Both the position numbers and the translations under genes were made by a program. From Syntrophales bacterium (GTDB lineage: Bacteria > Desulfobacterota > Syntrophia > Syntrophales > CG2-30-49-12), in assembly GCA_041648505.1 (NCBI GenBank), contig JBAZOY010000004.1:7619-71618 (forward strand): a DNA stretch of 64,000 nucleotides, read 5' to 3'. The notes beneath the pieces were generated by a model, which saw nothing but the letters and a program-made list of their open reading frames with translations, was not told the DNA's origin and did no database searches. How positions within the stretch are numbered: the stretch's first letter is position 1; each line of letters starts with the position of its first letter. Shown here in pieces: positions 34,013-43,996 of the stretch.

Positions 34013-34702
34013 TTAGAATCCTAAATCTTCTCCCACTATCAGGACATGGATGTCGGACAGGAAAGGTTTCCTCTCCAAAATGACCGTTGCCCGGCATGCC
34101 CGCATTGGAGAATTGCAATCCACACAAAAACCTGTGGCGGCACAGGGAACTTCTAAGTCCATATCCCTTACTACTTTGGGAGTAGCAATTTCTTTGATTC
34201 GCCGCAAGGCACTCTGAAGATCGTTCACAATTTTATTGGCCCCTGCCGCTACTATCACCTTGCCGGGGCCGAAAATCATTGCCCCTACCCGGTTTCCTAT
34301 CCCGTCCGTATTGACCAGCATGCCCTCCAGAGTGACTGCATTAGTGCTGGTGAGAAAAACATCACAGGTCAGATGAGCCTTTCTTATCTTTAAAGCATCT
34401 TGTTCAGATAATCCCGGCCTCCAGTGGTCATATATTACATGTCCCCTCTCCTCCAAAGTATCCAGGACACCGATCTGTCTTACAGTCATAGAACCCCCGA
34501 CGCCAACCTTTGCCTCTTTGGGAATACGGTTGAGTATCTCAGCACGGGCAGTCTCCAGGTCACTCACGTATAGAGCATCAAAAGCATTCTTTTTCAATGC
34601 CTCCACTGCCCTCCTGGCCCTCTGCTCCAGTAACCATTTCCCGGTTTCCCTCATATTCTGGAAACGTGTAAAGAAAGGGTTTTCATTGTCGCTGCTTTTC
34701 AT
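34013..34702 (-). CDS. LUD (lactate-utilization, LutC-like) domain protein with a C-terminal Cys cluster
   Basis: The length and the ...GGSMTVRQIGV... and TSTNAVTLEG segments match the DUF162/LUD fold. CAATGFCVDCNSPMRAC lies near the C-terminus. Confidence 0.55.
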   Translation of the reverse strand: MKSSDNENPFFTRFQNMRETGKWLLEQRARRAVEALKKNAFDALYVSDLETARAEILNRIPKEAKVGVGGSMTVRQIGVLDTLEERGHVIYDHWRPGLSEQDALKIRKAHLTCDVFLTSTNAVTLEGMLVNTDGIGNRVGAMIFGPGKVIVAAGANKIVNDLQSALRRIKEIATPKVVRDMDLEVPCAATGFCVDCNSPMRACRATVILERKPFLSDIHVLIVGEDLGF

Positions 34703-34765
34703 GATTCTTCATTTCTCCTTTGTGAAGATATTAGTTCATGTATATCTCGTAACATTCTTTTCAAA

Positions 34766-34954
34766 CTAATATGTACAGAGCATATCATACAGCCCCTTCC
34801 TGATCATCATAACTGCTATCGCCGCAAGGAACAGGCTGACTATCTTGCCGAATGCCCTGGCTCCTCCCTCGCCGATTATATCTATCAGTGGTGTGCCTAG
34901 GGGAACAATACCAAGAGTAGAACTGGTAAGTCTGCTGGTCTTCTGGGATAAGAG
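34766..34954 (-). pseudogene. relic of a MarC/UPF0056-family membrane protein gene
   Basis: A startless frame reads LGIVPLGTPLIDIIGEGGARAFGKIVSLFLAAIAVMMIRKGL. This resembles a mid-protein PL..PL motif joined to the C-terminal helix of MarC-family proteins. Confidence 0.35.
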
Positions 34955-35136
34955 CTAATAGATAGTTTATCCAATTTTCAGATTGGATGATGTTTAACAT
35001 GCCTTCTATCTGCAAAAGTCTCTACTTGAAGCTTTCAATTTATATATCAACAGCTTACGTTTGGCAAACTGTTTTCAAGAAATCTCTAAAAAATTCGGGA
35101 GTCAGTTTCCCTGGTAAATGAAACTTCACGGATCAA

Positions 35137-36141
35137 TCAAACCTGGCCATGGAAGGCCTTCATGGCCTGTTCCAAAAGGAGGTCGCCGTATCCTTTATAC
35201 TTCGGCGAGAAATGGAACAAAGAAATCCTCTTTACCCCTGCCATACGTGCCAGATTCCCAGCCTGTAAGGCCGTCAGATGATGCGTCTTCGCGGCTTTCT
35301 CGCCATCTTCATGCAGGAAGGTTGCCTCAATAAATAAAAGATCGGAGGCATCTGCAAGTTCAACAATCTTTTGTGCATTTTCATCGTCATAGATAGCATC
35401 GGTAACATAGGTTAGCTTCTGGCCTGGTGTTACCTTGATTACCGTTGCCTTTAATTCGCCGAGAGGAACAAGTTTTTCCCTTACATCCTGTTTCCCCTCT
35501 TTCCATCTAACCCTGACCGGTGTTTCATCATCGTCACCGGAAAGAACGTGGTTTTTCAATTCCATTAACCATGGCCCTATGGGAAATCCCATCTCCTGCA
35601 ATACATTTTTCTTGATATTGACACGGTTCTTCTCTTCAAAGCGAAAGGCGAGGCAGGGTATTTTGTGATTCAGGAATACCCCCCGGACGGAAAAGAAGTC
35701 TCCCTCCACAAGGGTGCCGTCAAATCCCTCCTGCTCAGCCACCATCTCCGGCTTAAAGGCTGTCCGGCAGCGATAGCATTTGGTTATTTTACCCCCCGGA
35801 TGTATCTCCGTCACCAGAAGGGCAAAATCATTCATATAGTTTTCCACAAGATTCCAGGTATAGGCTCCTATTTTATTTTCCAGGTGTTTGTGGAAACCGG
35901 GAGGACCGAACATGGAAATATGCCGGTCCCGTCCCAGACAGATTCTTAACAAATGGTCGAAGCCGATGAAATGATCCATATGGGTATGTGAAACAAATAT
36001 ATGGGTGATCTTGAGAAGTTTGCGCGGGGGCAAAAGATGAAGATCACCCAAGTCAAAAAGGATGGCCTCATTCCGGTACTTAAATTCAACATACACCCCG
36101 GGGTCACCGAAAGGGTCATTAATCAGAGAAGTATTGAACAT
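35137..36141 (-). CDS. MBL-fold metallo-hydrolase, RNase Z/ElaC-like
   Basis: It has the HxHxDH motif SHTHMDHFIG and a C-terminal LFHFSPKY segment. Confidence 0.75.
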   Translation of the reverse strand: MFNTSLINDPFGDPGVYVEFKYRNEAILFDLGDLHLLPPRKLLKITHIFVSHTHMDHFIGFDHLLRICLGRDRHISMFGPPGFHKHLENKIGAYTWNLVENYMNDFALLVTEIHPGGKITKCYRCRTAFKPEMVAEQEGFDGTLVEGDFFSVRGVFLNHKIPCLAFRFEEKNRVNIKKNVLQEMGFPIGPWLMELKNHVLSGDDDETPVRVRWKEGKQDVREKLVPLGELKATVIKVTPGQKLTYVTDAIYDDENAQKIVELADASDLLFIEATFLHEDGEKAAKTHHLTALQAGNLARMAGVKRISLFHFSPKYKGYGDLLLEQAMKAFHGQV

Positions 36142-36449
36142 ATTTCCTGCGTTTCAGTTTAGATAGCATTTGAAGCATATATAGTCCGGAGCAGCCAGGT
36201 GTTTTCACGACAGGAGTATAAAGAGTTTATTCAATTTTTCCGTATAAATAAAGGGAACTTACTCAAGACTCTCAACTTCTTCTGTTTTCAGCTTTCTAAT
36301 TAAGGTAACTTATAGCATAGTTTTTTAAAAAAATTAACCTTGACTTTCCTATCGATATGAGTAGAGAATCTAGGTCTTTGGCAAAGAGATATTATAAGGG
36401 ATTATTGGTCTGAGTTTAAAACCGTATTTCGGGAAGGAGAATTTACATC

Positions 36450-36665
36450 TTGGAGGGGTATATCGAAATAAACAGGGAACGTTGCAAGGCATGTCTCCTT
36501 TGCGTTCATGCATGCAAAAGAGGTAATATTGTTCCCTCGAAGGAATATAATGCCAAGGGATATAGTCCCGTCAATTTTAATAATGACGGAGATCAAAAAT
36601 GCACAGGATGCGCCCTGTGTGCTATAACCTGTCCGGAAATTGCTATAGAGGTTTATCGTGAATAA
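36450..36665 (+). CDS. korD: 2-oxoacid:ferredoxin oxidoreductase delta subunit (2x[4Fe-4S] ferredoxin)
   Basis: It has two CxxCxxCxxxCP motifs (CKACLLCVHAC, CTGCALCAITCP). The start codon is TTG, preceded by GGAAGGAG. Confidence 0.85.
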   Translation: MEGYIEINRERCKACLLCVHACKRGNIVPSKEYNAKGYSPVNFNNDGDQKCTGCALCAITCPEIAIEVYRE

Positions 36666-37728
36666 AGTACTTATGCAGGGTAACAAAGTGATCGCTGAGG
36701 CTGCTATCAGGGCTGGATGTCGGTTTTATGCCGGCTATCCAATAACGCCACAAAATGAACTGCCGGAATACATGTCGGAAAATATACGCAAGGTGGAAGG
36801 TGGTGTATTCATCCAGTCTGAAAGCGAAATTGCAGCAATCCACATGGTAGCCGGTGCCAGTGCAGCAGGAAGTAGGGCCATGACATCATCCTCCAGCCCC
36901 GGTATTTCTTTAAAACAGGAGGGCATATCTTCCATGGCCGCCTGTGAACTCCCCGGTGTCATCGTCAATATGATGAGAGGTGGGCCAGGTCTCGGTAATA
37001 TCAGCCCGTCCCAGGGAGATTATTTTCAGGCCACAAGGGGAGGCGGACACGGTGACTATCGGACTATCGTCCTTGCCCCGGACACCGGTCAAGAGTTGGC
37101 CGATCTAACCATGGATGCCTTTGACCTGGCAGATGAATACCGGACGCCCGTTATAATCCTGGCCGATGGGATGATGGGACAGATGATGGAGCCTGTTACA
37201 TTTAAGGAACCGCGGCCGAGAAAGTACAATGAGAAATATATGCTCAAGGGAGCCGGTACCGGTAAAAGCAGGTTTATCAGGGGCCTCATTCTCGATCCAT
37301 GGAAAGAGGAAGAGCACAACTGGAAGCTGGCCCGGAAATATGAGGTGATTAAGCAAAAAGAAACCAGGCATGAGGCATTTAATACCGAAGATGCAAAACT
37401 GATTGTTGTGGCCTATGGTACAGCGGCAAGAATTGCCAAAGGGGCGATCAAAAGATTAAGAGCTGACGGCCTAAAGGTCGGCCTGTTTCGCCCCATTACC
37501 CTGTGGCCGTTTCCCGCTCAGGAACTTCAGAATCTCTCTACAAATACAGAAGATTTTCTTGTTTTTGAGCTGAGTACCGGTCAGATGGTTGAAGATGTCC
37601 AACTTGCCCTTTGTGGTCAGGCTCATGTTCACCTTTATGGCCGACCCGGCGGCGTAGTACCGACACCTGTGGAACTTGCCACTGTGGTTAGCCGTCAATA
37701 CTTCAGGAAAGAGAGGCATCGAAAATAA
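36658..37728 (+). CDS. korA: 2-oxoacid (2-oxoglutarate-type):ferredoxin oxidoreductase alpha subunit
   Basis: The N-terminus GNKVIAEAAIRAGCRFYAGYPITP is typical of OFOR alpha subunits. The gene overlaps korD by 8 nt. Confidence 0.88.
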   Translation: MNKVLMQGNKVIAEAAIRAGCRFYAGYPITPQNELPEYMSENIRKVEGGVFIQSESEIAAIHMVAGASAAGSRAMTSSSSPGISLKQEGISSMAACELPGVIVNMMRGGPGLGNISPSQGDYFQATRGGGHGDYRTIVLAPDTGQELADLTMDAFDLADEYRTPVIILADGMMGQMMEPVTFKEPRPRKYNEKYMLKGAGTGKSRFIRGLILDPWKEEEHNWKLARKYEVIKQKETRHEAFNTEDAKLIVVAYGTAARIAKGAIKRLRADGLKVGLFRPITLWPFPAQELQNLSTNTEDFLVFELSTGQMVEDVQLALCGQAHVHLYGRPGGVVPTPVELATVVSRQYFRKERHRK

Positions 37729-37764
37729 TTTCAACGTTTTTCAGAAAGAGGGAGTCCATTTCTC

Positions 37765-38538
37765 ATGACAAAAAAGGTTTTCAGTAAACCTAAAAGTTTA
37801 AAGGAAAACATTTTTCACTACTGTCCGGGATGCGGTCACAGTATCGCACACCGCCTTATAGCCGAGGTGATTGATGAACTTGACATCAGGGGAATTACAA
37901 TAGGTGTCCCACCGGCGGGATGCGCTGTTCTGGCCTACAACTATTTTGATATCGACATGGTAGAGGCACAACACGGTAGAGGACCTGCCATGGCCACGGG
38001 TATTAAGCGGGTGTTACCCGACAAGGTGGTCTTTTCCTATCAGGGAGACGGAGATCTGGCCGCCATCGGGATAGCGGAAAGTTTTCATGCGGCAAACAGA
38101 GGTGAAAAAATCACTGTAATTTTTATTAATAACGCCGTCTACGGTATGACCGGCGGACAGTTGGCGCCCACCACCCTTTTAGGGCAGAGGACAACAACTT
38201 CTCCGCTAGGAAGAGATAAACTGAATGATGGTTATCCTATCCGGGTCAGTGAAATCCTCTCACATCTCCCCGGCACGGCATATATCGAGCGATGTACAGT
38301 CAACTCACCTCCCAACATCATAAAGGCCAAAAAGGCGATTAAAAAGGCATTTAAATATCAGATTGAAGGTCTTGGTTTTTCAATGATAGAAGTTCTGTCG
38401 CCCTGCCCAACAAACTGGAAGATGTCTCCCATCGATTCCTGTAAATGGATAGATGAGGTGATGAGCAAAGAATTTCCCCTAGGTGTCATCAAGGACATAA
38501 AATCATTGGATAAGGGAGAGAAAAGCCATGATGGTTAA
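37765..38538 (+). CDS. korB: 2-oxoacid:ferredoxin oxidoreductase beta subunit (TPP-binding)
   Basis: It has the CPGCGH motif and the TPP-binding GDGD...[11 protein letters not shown] segment. Confidence 0.9.
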   Translation: MTKKVFSKPKSLKENIFHYCPGCGHSIAHRLIAEVIDELDIRGITIGVPPAGCAVLAYNYFDIDMVEAQHGRGPAMATGIKRVLPDKVVFSYQGDGDLAAIGIAESFHAANRGEKITVIFINNAVYGMTGGQLAPTTLLGQRTTTSPLGRDKLNDGYPIRVSEILSHLPGTAYIERCTVNSPPNIIKAKKAIKKAFKYQIEGLGFSMIEVLSPCPTNWKMSPIDSCKWIDEVMSKEFPLGVIKDIKSLDKGEKSHDG

Positions 38539-39112
38539 GACGATATTTTGCGGATTCGGGGGACAGGGAGTGTTAATGATGGGGTATAGTCTTACCCAGG
38601 GCGGAATGATGGCTGGTTATCATGTTACCTACCTCCCGTCCTATGGAGCAGAGGTCAGGGGTGGAACAGCCAATTGTACCGTAGTCGTAGCAGATGAAGA
38701 AATTGCTTCCCCTATCGCCTCGGAGCCAAATTATCTTGTGGTCATGAATACCCCTTCGTTATATACGTTTCAGAACAGACTTGCCTCCGGCGGCAGTCTT
38801 TTTTTAAATTCTTCAATCATCGAGGCCCGTCCAAGCAGAAAAGATATTCACGTCTATGAGATTCCCTGTATTGAAGTTGCGGAAAAACTGGGCAATCAAA
38901 GGGCAGCAAATATCGTCATGATGGGTGCATTTATTAGGAAGACCTCTTTCGTATCGCCTGAAGCCTACCTGAAAGGCCTGGAAATAATCATGGGAAGTAA
39001 GAAGAAAGCGATACTTGATGCCAACCGGGTGGCCTTCGCTGCCGGTTCCGAATTCTTTCCTATTGCCCATAATAAAGGTAAAGCGGTCAGAAAAAAGACA
39101 TCAACAAAATAG
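38528..39112 (+). CDS. korC: 2-oxoacid:ferredoxin oxidoreductase gamma subunit
   Basis: The N-terminus [11 protein letters not shown] and the SYGAEVRGG motif identify it. It overlaps korB by 11 nt. Confidence 0.88.
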   Translation: MMVKTIFCGFGGQGVLMMGYSLTQGGMMAGYHVTYLPSYGAEVRGGTANCTVVVADEEIASPIASEPNYLVVMNTPSLYTFQNRLASGGSLFLNSSIIEARPSRKDIHVYEIPCIEVAEKLGNQRAANIVMMGAFIRKTSFVSPEAYLKGLEIIMGSKKKAILDANRVAFAAGSEFFPIAHNKGKAVRKKTSTK

Positions 39113-39220
39113 ATTATTATAAGGCAAATATTTAATAGTTCCCCGTCTATCTTCCACCGACGGGGAGTTGAAAACACGGTTAAGTAATAACGGCGACAGG
39201 TTACAAGGAGTCTACGTAAA

Positions 39221-39649
39221 ATGGCAGTCAAACAAATCTCAGTGCTACTGGGTAATGTTCCCGGAACTTTATCGGCGCTGGCAAACATATTGGATAGCGA
39301 GGATATTAATCCCAAGGCCGTTCTTTCCGCCAGTACAGCTGAAAACAGCATGGTAAGGCTTGTGGTAAGCGATCCGGAAAGGGCCGCCGCAGTCCTCGAA
39401 AGTTTCAATTTCAATTACGAAATGACACCTGTACTGGCCGCAGAGGTCCCCCTTCACCCTGGTGGTATGAATGCAATTTTGAAACATCTTGCCGAGGCAG
39501 AGATTAACATCCACTATCTTTATACAACGATCAACAGAATAGGAAGAGAGACAATCGTGATACTGGGAGTCGACAAGATCGAAGAGGCCAGGGAAGTTTT
39601 ACAGCAGAACTGGATCCATCTCATTGACGAGGAAATATACTCCATTTAA
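39221..39649 (+). CDS. tandem ACT-domain protein
   Basis: Two ACT-like repeats are present (ISVLLGNVPGTLSALANIL and LAAEVPLHPGGMNAILKHL). Confidence 0.6.
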   Translation: MAVKQISVLLGNVPGTLSALANILDSEDINPKAVLSASTAENSMVRLVVSDPERAAAVLESFNFNYEMTPVLAAEVPLHPGGMNAILKHLAEAEINIHYLYTTINRIGRETIVILGVDKIEEAREVLQQNWIHLIDEEIYSI

Positions 39650-39749
39650 CCCATTGCTCATAAGTAGCCCGATACCAATCACACCAACTTTTACCGTTCA
39701 TTCCTACGGACAAAAGGGAAATACAGAGATTTAGATTTTTCTGACGCTT

Positions 39750-40232
39750 ATGCTGACACAAAAGGAAAAGCAAATCGCCTCCCTGATCCAGGGAGATATA
39801 TCCCTCACTAATCGTCCTTTTAAGCGTATCGCAGAGCAGACAGGAAGCGAAGAGCAAGAGGTCCTTAAAATCATTGGAAATATGATAAAAAAGGGGCTGA
39901 TTCGAAAGTTTGGCGCTATTGTGCGTCACCAAAAGGCGGGCTTTAACCAAAATGCCATGCTGCTTTGGGCAGTTCCTTCATCGAAAATTGAAACGGTAGG
40001 AAATATTTTAGCCTCTTTTCCGGAAATTACTCACTGCTACCAGAGAACACCTGCCTTTTCAGAAAAATACAACATTTTCACCATGATACACCTGCGGGAT
40101 AACAAAGAAGACCCCCAAAACAATGAATATAATCTACTGATCCGTAAATTGTCATCAGCAACGGGTATAGAAGACTACCTTGTTCTCATTAGTGAAGAAG
40201 AGTTTAAAAAAAGCAGCATGGAATATTTTTAA
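39750..40232 (+). CDS. Lrp/AsnC-fold siroheme decarboxylase subunit (AhbA/AhbB, NirDLGH-like)
   Basis: It has an N-terminal wHTH ([21 protein letters not shown]...LIRKFGAIV) and an NAMLLWAVP motif. It sits immediately upstream of hemL and shares 1 nt with it. Confidence 0.6.
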   Translation: MLTQKEKQIASLIQGDISLTNRPFKRIAEQTGSEEQEVLKIIGNMIKKGLIRKFGAIVRHQKAGFNQNAMLLWAVPSSKIETVGNILASFPEITHCYQRTPAFSEKYNIFTMIHLRDNKEDPQNNEYNLLIRKLSSATGIEDYLVLISEEEFKKSSMEYF

Positions 40233-41521
40233 TGAAGCTGGAACATTCATCCCAAGAACTGTTTGAAGAGGCAAAAAAATACATACCGGGAGGCGTCAAC
40301 AGTCCTGTAAGGGCCTTTGGGGCCGTAGATTCAACTCCCCTCTTTATCCAAAAGGCCGGTGGTGCAAAAATTTACGATGTGGACGGGAGGGAGTATATTG
40401 ATTATATCCTATCCTGGGGGCCAATGATTCTCGGCCACTGCCACCCTGATGTTATCGAGGCTATTAATCAGGCTGCAAAAAGGGGGACAAGTTACGGGGC
40501 ACCGACGGAACTCGAGGTTGAAATGGCCAAAATAATCGTTGATGCCTTTCCCTCTGTGGAAATGGTAAGAATGGTGAGTTCCGGGACAGAGGCAACAATG
40601 AGCGCCATCAGGTTAGCCCGTGGATATACCGGCAGAGAAAAGATCATCAAATTCGAGGGGTGCTACCACGGCCATGCCGATTCTCTACTGGCCAAGGCCG
40701 GTTCCGGTGTAGCAACACTCGGCATTCCAGGTAGTCCGGGTGTGCCCCGAAGACTTGCCGAATTGACCATTACCCTCCCCTTCAATGACACAGGGACCTT
40801 TCGAGCCGCTGTCGAACAATATGGCGATGATCTGGCCTGTGTTATCGTAGAACCGGTAGCGGGAAACATGGGAGTTATTCCTCCCATGCCAGGATTTCTT
40901 GAAACACTGAGAGAAATCACCAGTCAGCATAATGTCCTCCTTATCTTTGATGAAGTCATCACCGGTTTTAGACTGATTTATGGCGGCTTTCAGAATATTG
41001 CCGATATTAAACCCGACCTGACCTGCCTGGGGAAGATTATTGGAGGAGGGCTTCCCGTAGGTGCCCTAGGGGGGAAAAAAGATATTATGGAAAAGCTGGC
41101 ACCTTCCGGTCCTGTTTATCAGGCGGGAACCCTCTCCGGCAATCCCGTGGCCATTTCAGCCGGTATTGCCACCCTGAAGATACTCCGGGAAAACGCCTTT
41201 GGTTATAATGAAATCAACCGGAAAACATCTTTTCTCTGCGAGGAGATGAAAAAGATGTTTACTAAAAAAGATATACCCGTTTGTATCAATCGGATTGGTT
41301 CTATGTTTACTATTTTTTTCACCCCTCATACAGTATTTGACTTCAGTTCAGCAACGAGAAGTGATACGAAGCGTTTTGGAAACTTTTTCCGAGGAATGTT
41401 AGCTAATCAAATCTACCTGCCACCTTCACAGTTTGAAACATCTTTTGTCTCCTTTGCACATACGGATGAGGACATTGAAAAAACCATTCTTTCCTGCGAA
41501 AAAACGCTAAATCGGATTTAA
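40232..41521 (+). CDS. hemL: glutamate-1-semialdehyde 2,1-aminomutase
   Basis: It has [19 protein letters not shown] and the PLP-lysine region [14 protein letters not shown]. Confidence 0.95.
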   Translation: MKLEHSSQELFEEAKKYIPGGVNSPVRAFGAVDSTPLFIQKAGGAKIYDVDGREYIDYILSWGPMILGHCHPDVIEAINQAAKRGTSYGAPTELEVEMAKIIVDAFPSVEMVRMVSSGTEATMSAIRLARGYTGREKIIKFEGCYHGHADSLLAKAGSGVATLGIPGSPGVPRRLAELTITLPFNDTGTFRAAVEQYGDDLACVIVEPVAGNMGVIPPMPGFLETLREITSQHNVLLIFDEVITGFRLIYGGFQNIADIKPDLTCLGKIIGGGLPVGALGGKKDIMEKLAPSGPVYQAGTLSGNPVAISAGIATLKILRENAFGYNEINRKTSFLCEEMKKMFTKKDIPVCINRIGSMFTIFFTPHTVFDFSSATRSDTKRFGNFFRGMLANQIYLPPSQFETSFVSFAHTDEDIEKTILSCEKTLNRI

Positions 41522-41683
41522 TGAGGAACAATAAAAGGATGGAAAGAAAAGGGACTTCGATAACAGTTTCGATACCACTTCCTGTTGTTACTACCCAGGT
41601 ATTACTTTTTTCGACCGTATCGAACTGTAAAAACTGAGAAAGACAAAAAGGACCGCGGTTACTGGCATAACAGGAGTAAAATT

Positions 41684-42058
41684 TTGTTAAATATAGCAAG
41701 AAAACAATTGAGTTCGATACAAAGAAAAACGGTTTTTATTATATTTTTTCTGCTTCTGATAAGTTTATTTTATAGATCAATAGAGATATCGGCAGGGATA
41801 GTTATGGGGGGTATTCTATCACTCGTAAACCTGAAAGTATTGGGCAGAATAATAGAAAACGTTTTCCACCAGGGAAGCCCGTCCAAAGGATTGATAGTGT
41901 GGCAATACGTGATAAAGCTTATTTTGTTTTTCGGAATAATTTATATCATAATAACTTACCATTTAGTGGATATTGTTGCTTTTATTGTTGGATTCTCGGC
42001 TTTTATGCTTGCCCTGCTCTTAGAGGGCATTTTCCCCCCGAGAGAAACAACCGAATGA
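41684..42058 (+). CDS. atpI: ATP synthase protein I (AtpI)-like membrane protein
   Basis: This hydrophobic protein of about 124 aa lies upstream of atpB. An in-frame TTG at 41684 sits 7 nt after AGGAG, so the longer ORF from 41585 is unlikely. Confidence 0.55.
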   Translation: MLNIARKQLSSIQRKTVFIIFFLLLISLFYRSIEISAGIVMGGILSLVNLKVLGRIIENVFHQGSPSKGLIVWQYVIKLILFFGIIYIIITYHLVDIVAFIVGFSAFMLALLLEGIFPPRETTE

Positions 42059-42157
42059 CATGTAATAGGGACAGAAATCGGAAAGAAAAAGAGCTGCTTG
42101 CTGACTGTCGGCCGACGAGATGACTTCTGATTCCTGGAAACTGTTGTATTAATATTT

Positions 42158-42388
42158 ATTCAGGTTAAAGAAATCGCTTATTATAAACTAAAACAATTAG
42201 GGGTCTTACTTACTTTAGCCATAGAAATGGGTGCCTCAATGGTAGGGGGTGTGGTTGCAGGGTACTACTTGGATAAAGCCTTTAATACTTTTCCCTGGTT
42301 GTCGGGAATATTTTTTTTCTCCGGTCTGGCGATGGGGGTAAAAACAGCAATTTTCATAGTAAAAAGATCCAAAAAACTTTTCCAGTAA
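42158..42388 (+). CDS. AtpZ/ATPase_gene1-type small membrane protein; start unresolved (non-ATG, or ATG at 42227)
   Basis: The sequence LGVLLTLAIEMGASMVGGVVAGYYLDKAFNTFPWLSGIFFFSGLAMG matches the two-helix ...G..LD...T.PW... pattern of small proteins that precede F0 genes. It is too short to appear in the ORF track. Confidence 0.5.
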   Translation: MQVKEIAYYKLKQLGVLLTLAIEMGASMVGGVVAGYYLDKAFNTFPWLSGIFFFSGLAMGVKTAIFIVKRSKKLFQ

Positions 42389-42502
42389 AACACAAAATAT
42401 CCTTGACAACCAGTACCGTCTATGGTAGAGACCGCTATCCTTTGTAGTGATGGTGTGGAACAGATACTAAAGGACCAGTAAGCTGATTTTGGAGAAGTAG
42501 TC

Positions 42503-43201
42503 ATGGAACATGGTTTTATGTGGTTTTCGTTGATTCCCTTTGTTTCTCATTCTGTTGAAAAGCAACTGATCGTAACAACTATTTTTGTGGGAATTGTACT
42601 TTTTTTCATATGCAGGAAGGTCTTTAAAGCTATCCAAAATTCACCCAATCCTCTAATTCCGAAAGAAAATATAACTTTTCAGAATTTTTTTGAACTGGTA
42701 GTTCAGGCTGCCTTGGGCATAATGAAAGAAATAATTGGGCCTACGGCAGAAAGCTATTTCCCTTTAATAGGAAGTCTGTTTGTTTTCATACTCTTTTCTA
42801 ATCTTCTGGGGGTAATTCCCGGCTTTCTACCCCCTACAAGCAATATCTATACAAATGCCGCTTGTGCAATAATCGTTTTTTTATACTATAACTATCAAGG
42901 ATTTAAAGTACACGGGATCGGTTACTTAAAACAATTTGCCGGTCCGCTGATCTATATAGCACCGTTAATGTTTGTTATTGAACTGTTGAGTCACCTTTTC
43001 CGTCCTTTTTCCTTAGCTGTGCGTCTTTTTGGAAATATATTCGGCGATCATACTGTTTTAGCAATATTTTCAGGTTTAGTCCCTCTGGTTGTGCCTGTTA
43101 TATTCCTGGTTTTAGGTTTAGCTGTTGCTTTGATTCAGGCCTTTATTTTTGCCGCTCTTTCAACAGTTTACATAGGTTTAGCTGTCTCTCATGAACACTA
43201 A
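42503..43201 (+). CDS. atpB: F0F1 ATP synthase subunit a
   Basis: It has the essential Arg helix LSHLFRPFSLAVRLFGNIFGDH. Confidence 0.93.
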   Translation: MEHGFMWFSLIPFVSHSVEKQLIVTTIFVGIVLFFICRKVFKAIQNSPNPLIPKENITFQNFFELVVQAALGIMKEIIGPTAESYFPLIGSLFVFILFSNLLGVIPGFLPPTSNIYTNAACAIIVFLYYNYQGFKVHGIGYLKQFAGPLIYIAPLMFVIELLSHLFRPFSLAVRLFGNIFGDHTVLAIFSGLVPLVVPVIFLVLGLAVALIQAFIFAALSTVYIGLAVSHEH

Positions 43202-43232
43202 TATAAAAAACTGAAAGGAGGTTTTTGAGGTC

Positions 43233-43559
43233 ATGGGTAAATGGAAAATAGTAGTAATGTTTATCGGGGTTTTAGTCCTGACATTGTTTTCGACGAGTAG
43301 TTTTGCTGCTGAAGAAGCGCAGGCCACTACAATGGGTATGGGTTTGGTAGGTCTTGGTGCCGGTTTGGCCATTGGTTTGGCTGCATTCGGCGGAGGGCTT
43401 GGTCAAGGTAGAGCTGCAGGTTCTGCATTGGAAGGAATAGCCAGGAATCCAGGAGCTGCAGATAAGATGTTTGTTCCTCTTATCTTAGGGCTGGCTTTGA
43501 TTGAATCATTGGTTCTGTACGCTTTCGTTATCGCCTTCTTTCTTCAGGGAAAAGTATAA
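43233..43559 (+). CDS. atpE: F0F1 ATP synthase subunit c with an N-terminal signal-like extension
   Basis: It has the [21 protein letters not shown] loop and the carboxylate helix [14 protein letters not shown]. An extra ~30 aa ([28 protein letters not shown]) precede helix 1. Confidence 0.92.
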   Translation: MGKWKIVVMFIGVLVLTLFSTSSFAAEEAQATTMGMGLVGLGAGLAIGLAAFGGGLGQGRAAGSALEGIARNPGAADKMFVPLILGLALIESLVLYAFVIAFFLQGKV

Positions 43560-43562
43560 AAA

Positions 43563-43994
43563 ATGCTTCCAACAATAAACATCTATTTGCTTATCGTTCA
43601 AGGAGTTCTTTTCCTTATTGTCCTGTGGTTTTTAAAGAAAAATCTTTTTAAACCTATACTAAATATCCTGCATGAAAGGGACGAGAGGACGGAAGGATTT
43701 TTGCGTAAATCCGGGGAAATAGAAGAAAAAGCGAATAAAACTTTTGCCCATTATACGGAAAAACTGCGCCAGGCCAGAAGGGAAACTCTGGATATAAAAA
43801 AGAGATACTCTGGAGAAGGCTTAGAAACAAGAGAGAGTATCATGGGCAAAGCAAGGCAGGAAGCTAACGTTTTTCTTGGAGAGATAAAAGTAAAAATCTC
43901 AGAGGAAACTGAAGCAAGCCGGAAAGATCTCTATCGGCAGATAGGGGACTTGGGGCAGGCAATAGCCGAAAAGGTCTTGGGAAGAAGCATATAG
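43563..43994 (+). CDS. F0F1 ATP synthase subunit b' (second b-type stalk subunit)
   Basis: It has a single N-terminal TM helix followed by a long charged helix. It lies between atpE and atpF. Confidence 0.8.
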   Translation: MLPTINIYLLIVQGVLFLIVLWFLKKNLFKPILNILHERDERTEGFLRKSGEIEEKANKTFAHYTEKLRQARRETLDIKKRYSGEGLETRESIMGKARQEANVFLGEIKVKISEETEASRKDLYRQIGDLGQAIAEKVLGRSI

Positions 43995-43996
43995 AT

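Noticed and set aside
34785-35015. Minus-strand ORF of 76 aa
   Set aside because: Its composition is not protein-like and it has no RBS. A different frame of the same DNA carries the MarC-like relic.
39750-40232. Plain Lrp/AsnC transcriptional regulator call
   Set aside because: It is not fully rejected. However, the tight coupling to hemL and the NirD/AhbA-like sequence features favour a siroheme decarboxylase-type subunit. Confidence is kept moderate.
41585-41683. N-terminal extension of the AtpI-like ORF
   Set aside because: It is a basic, non-membrane segment with no RBS. An in-frame TTG at 41684 follows AGGAG at canonical spacing.
43233-43559. Possible Na+-binding signature in ATP synthase subunit c (Q in GQG, E-S in LIESL, Y five residues later)
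   Set aside because: The Thr that follows E-S in experimentally characterised Na+-binding c-rings (the EST motif) is Leu here. ESL-type helices also occur in related proton-coupled enzymes as far as I recall. Ion specificity cannot be called from sequence alone.
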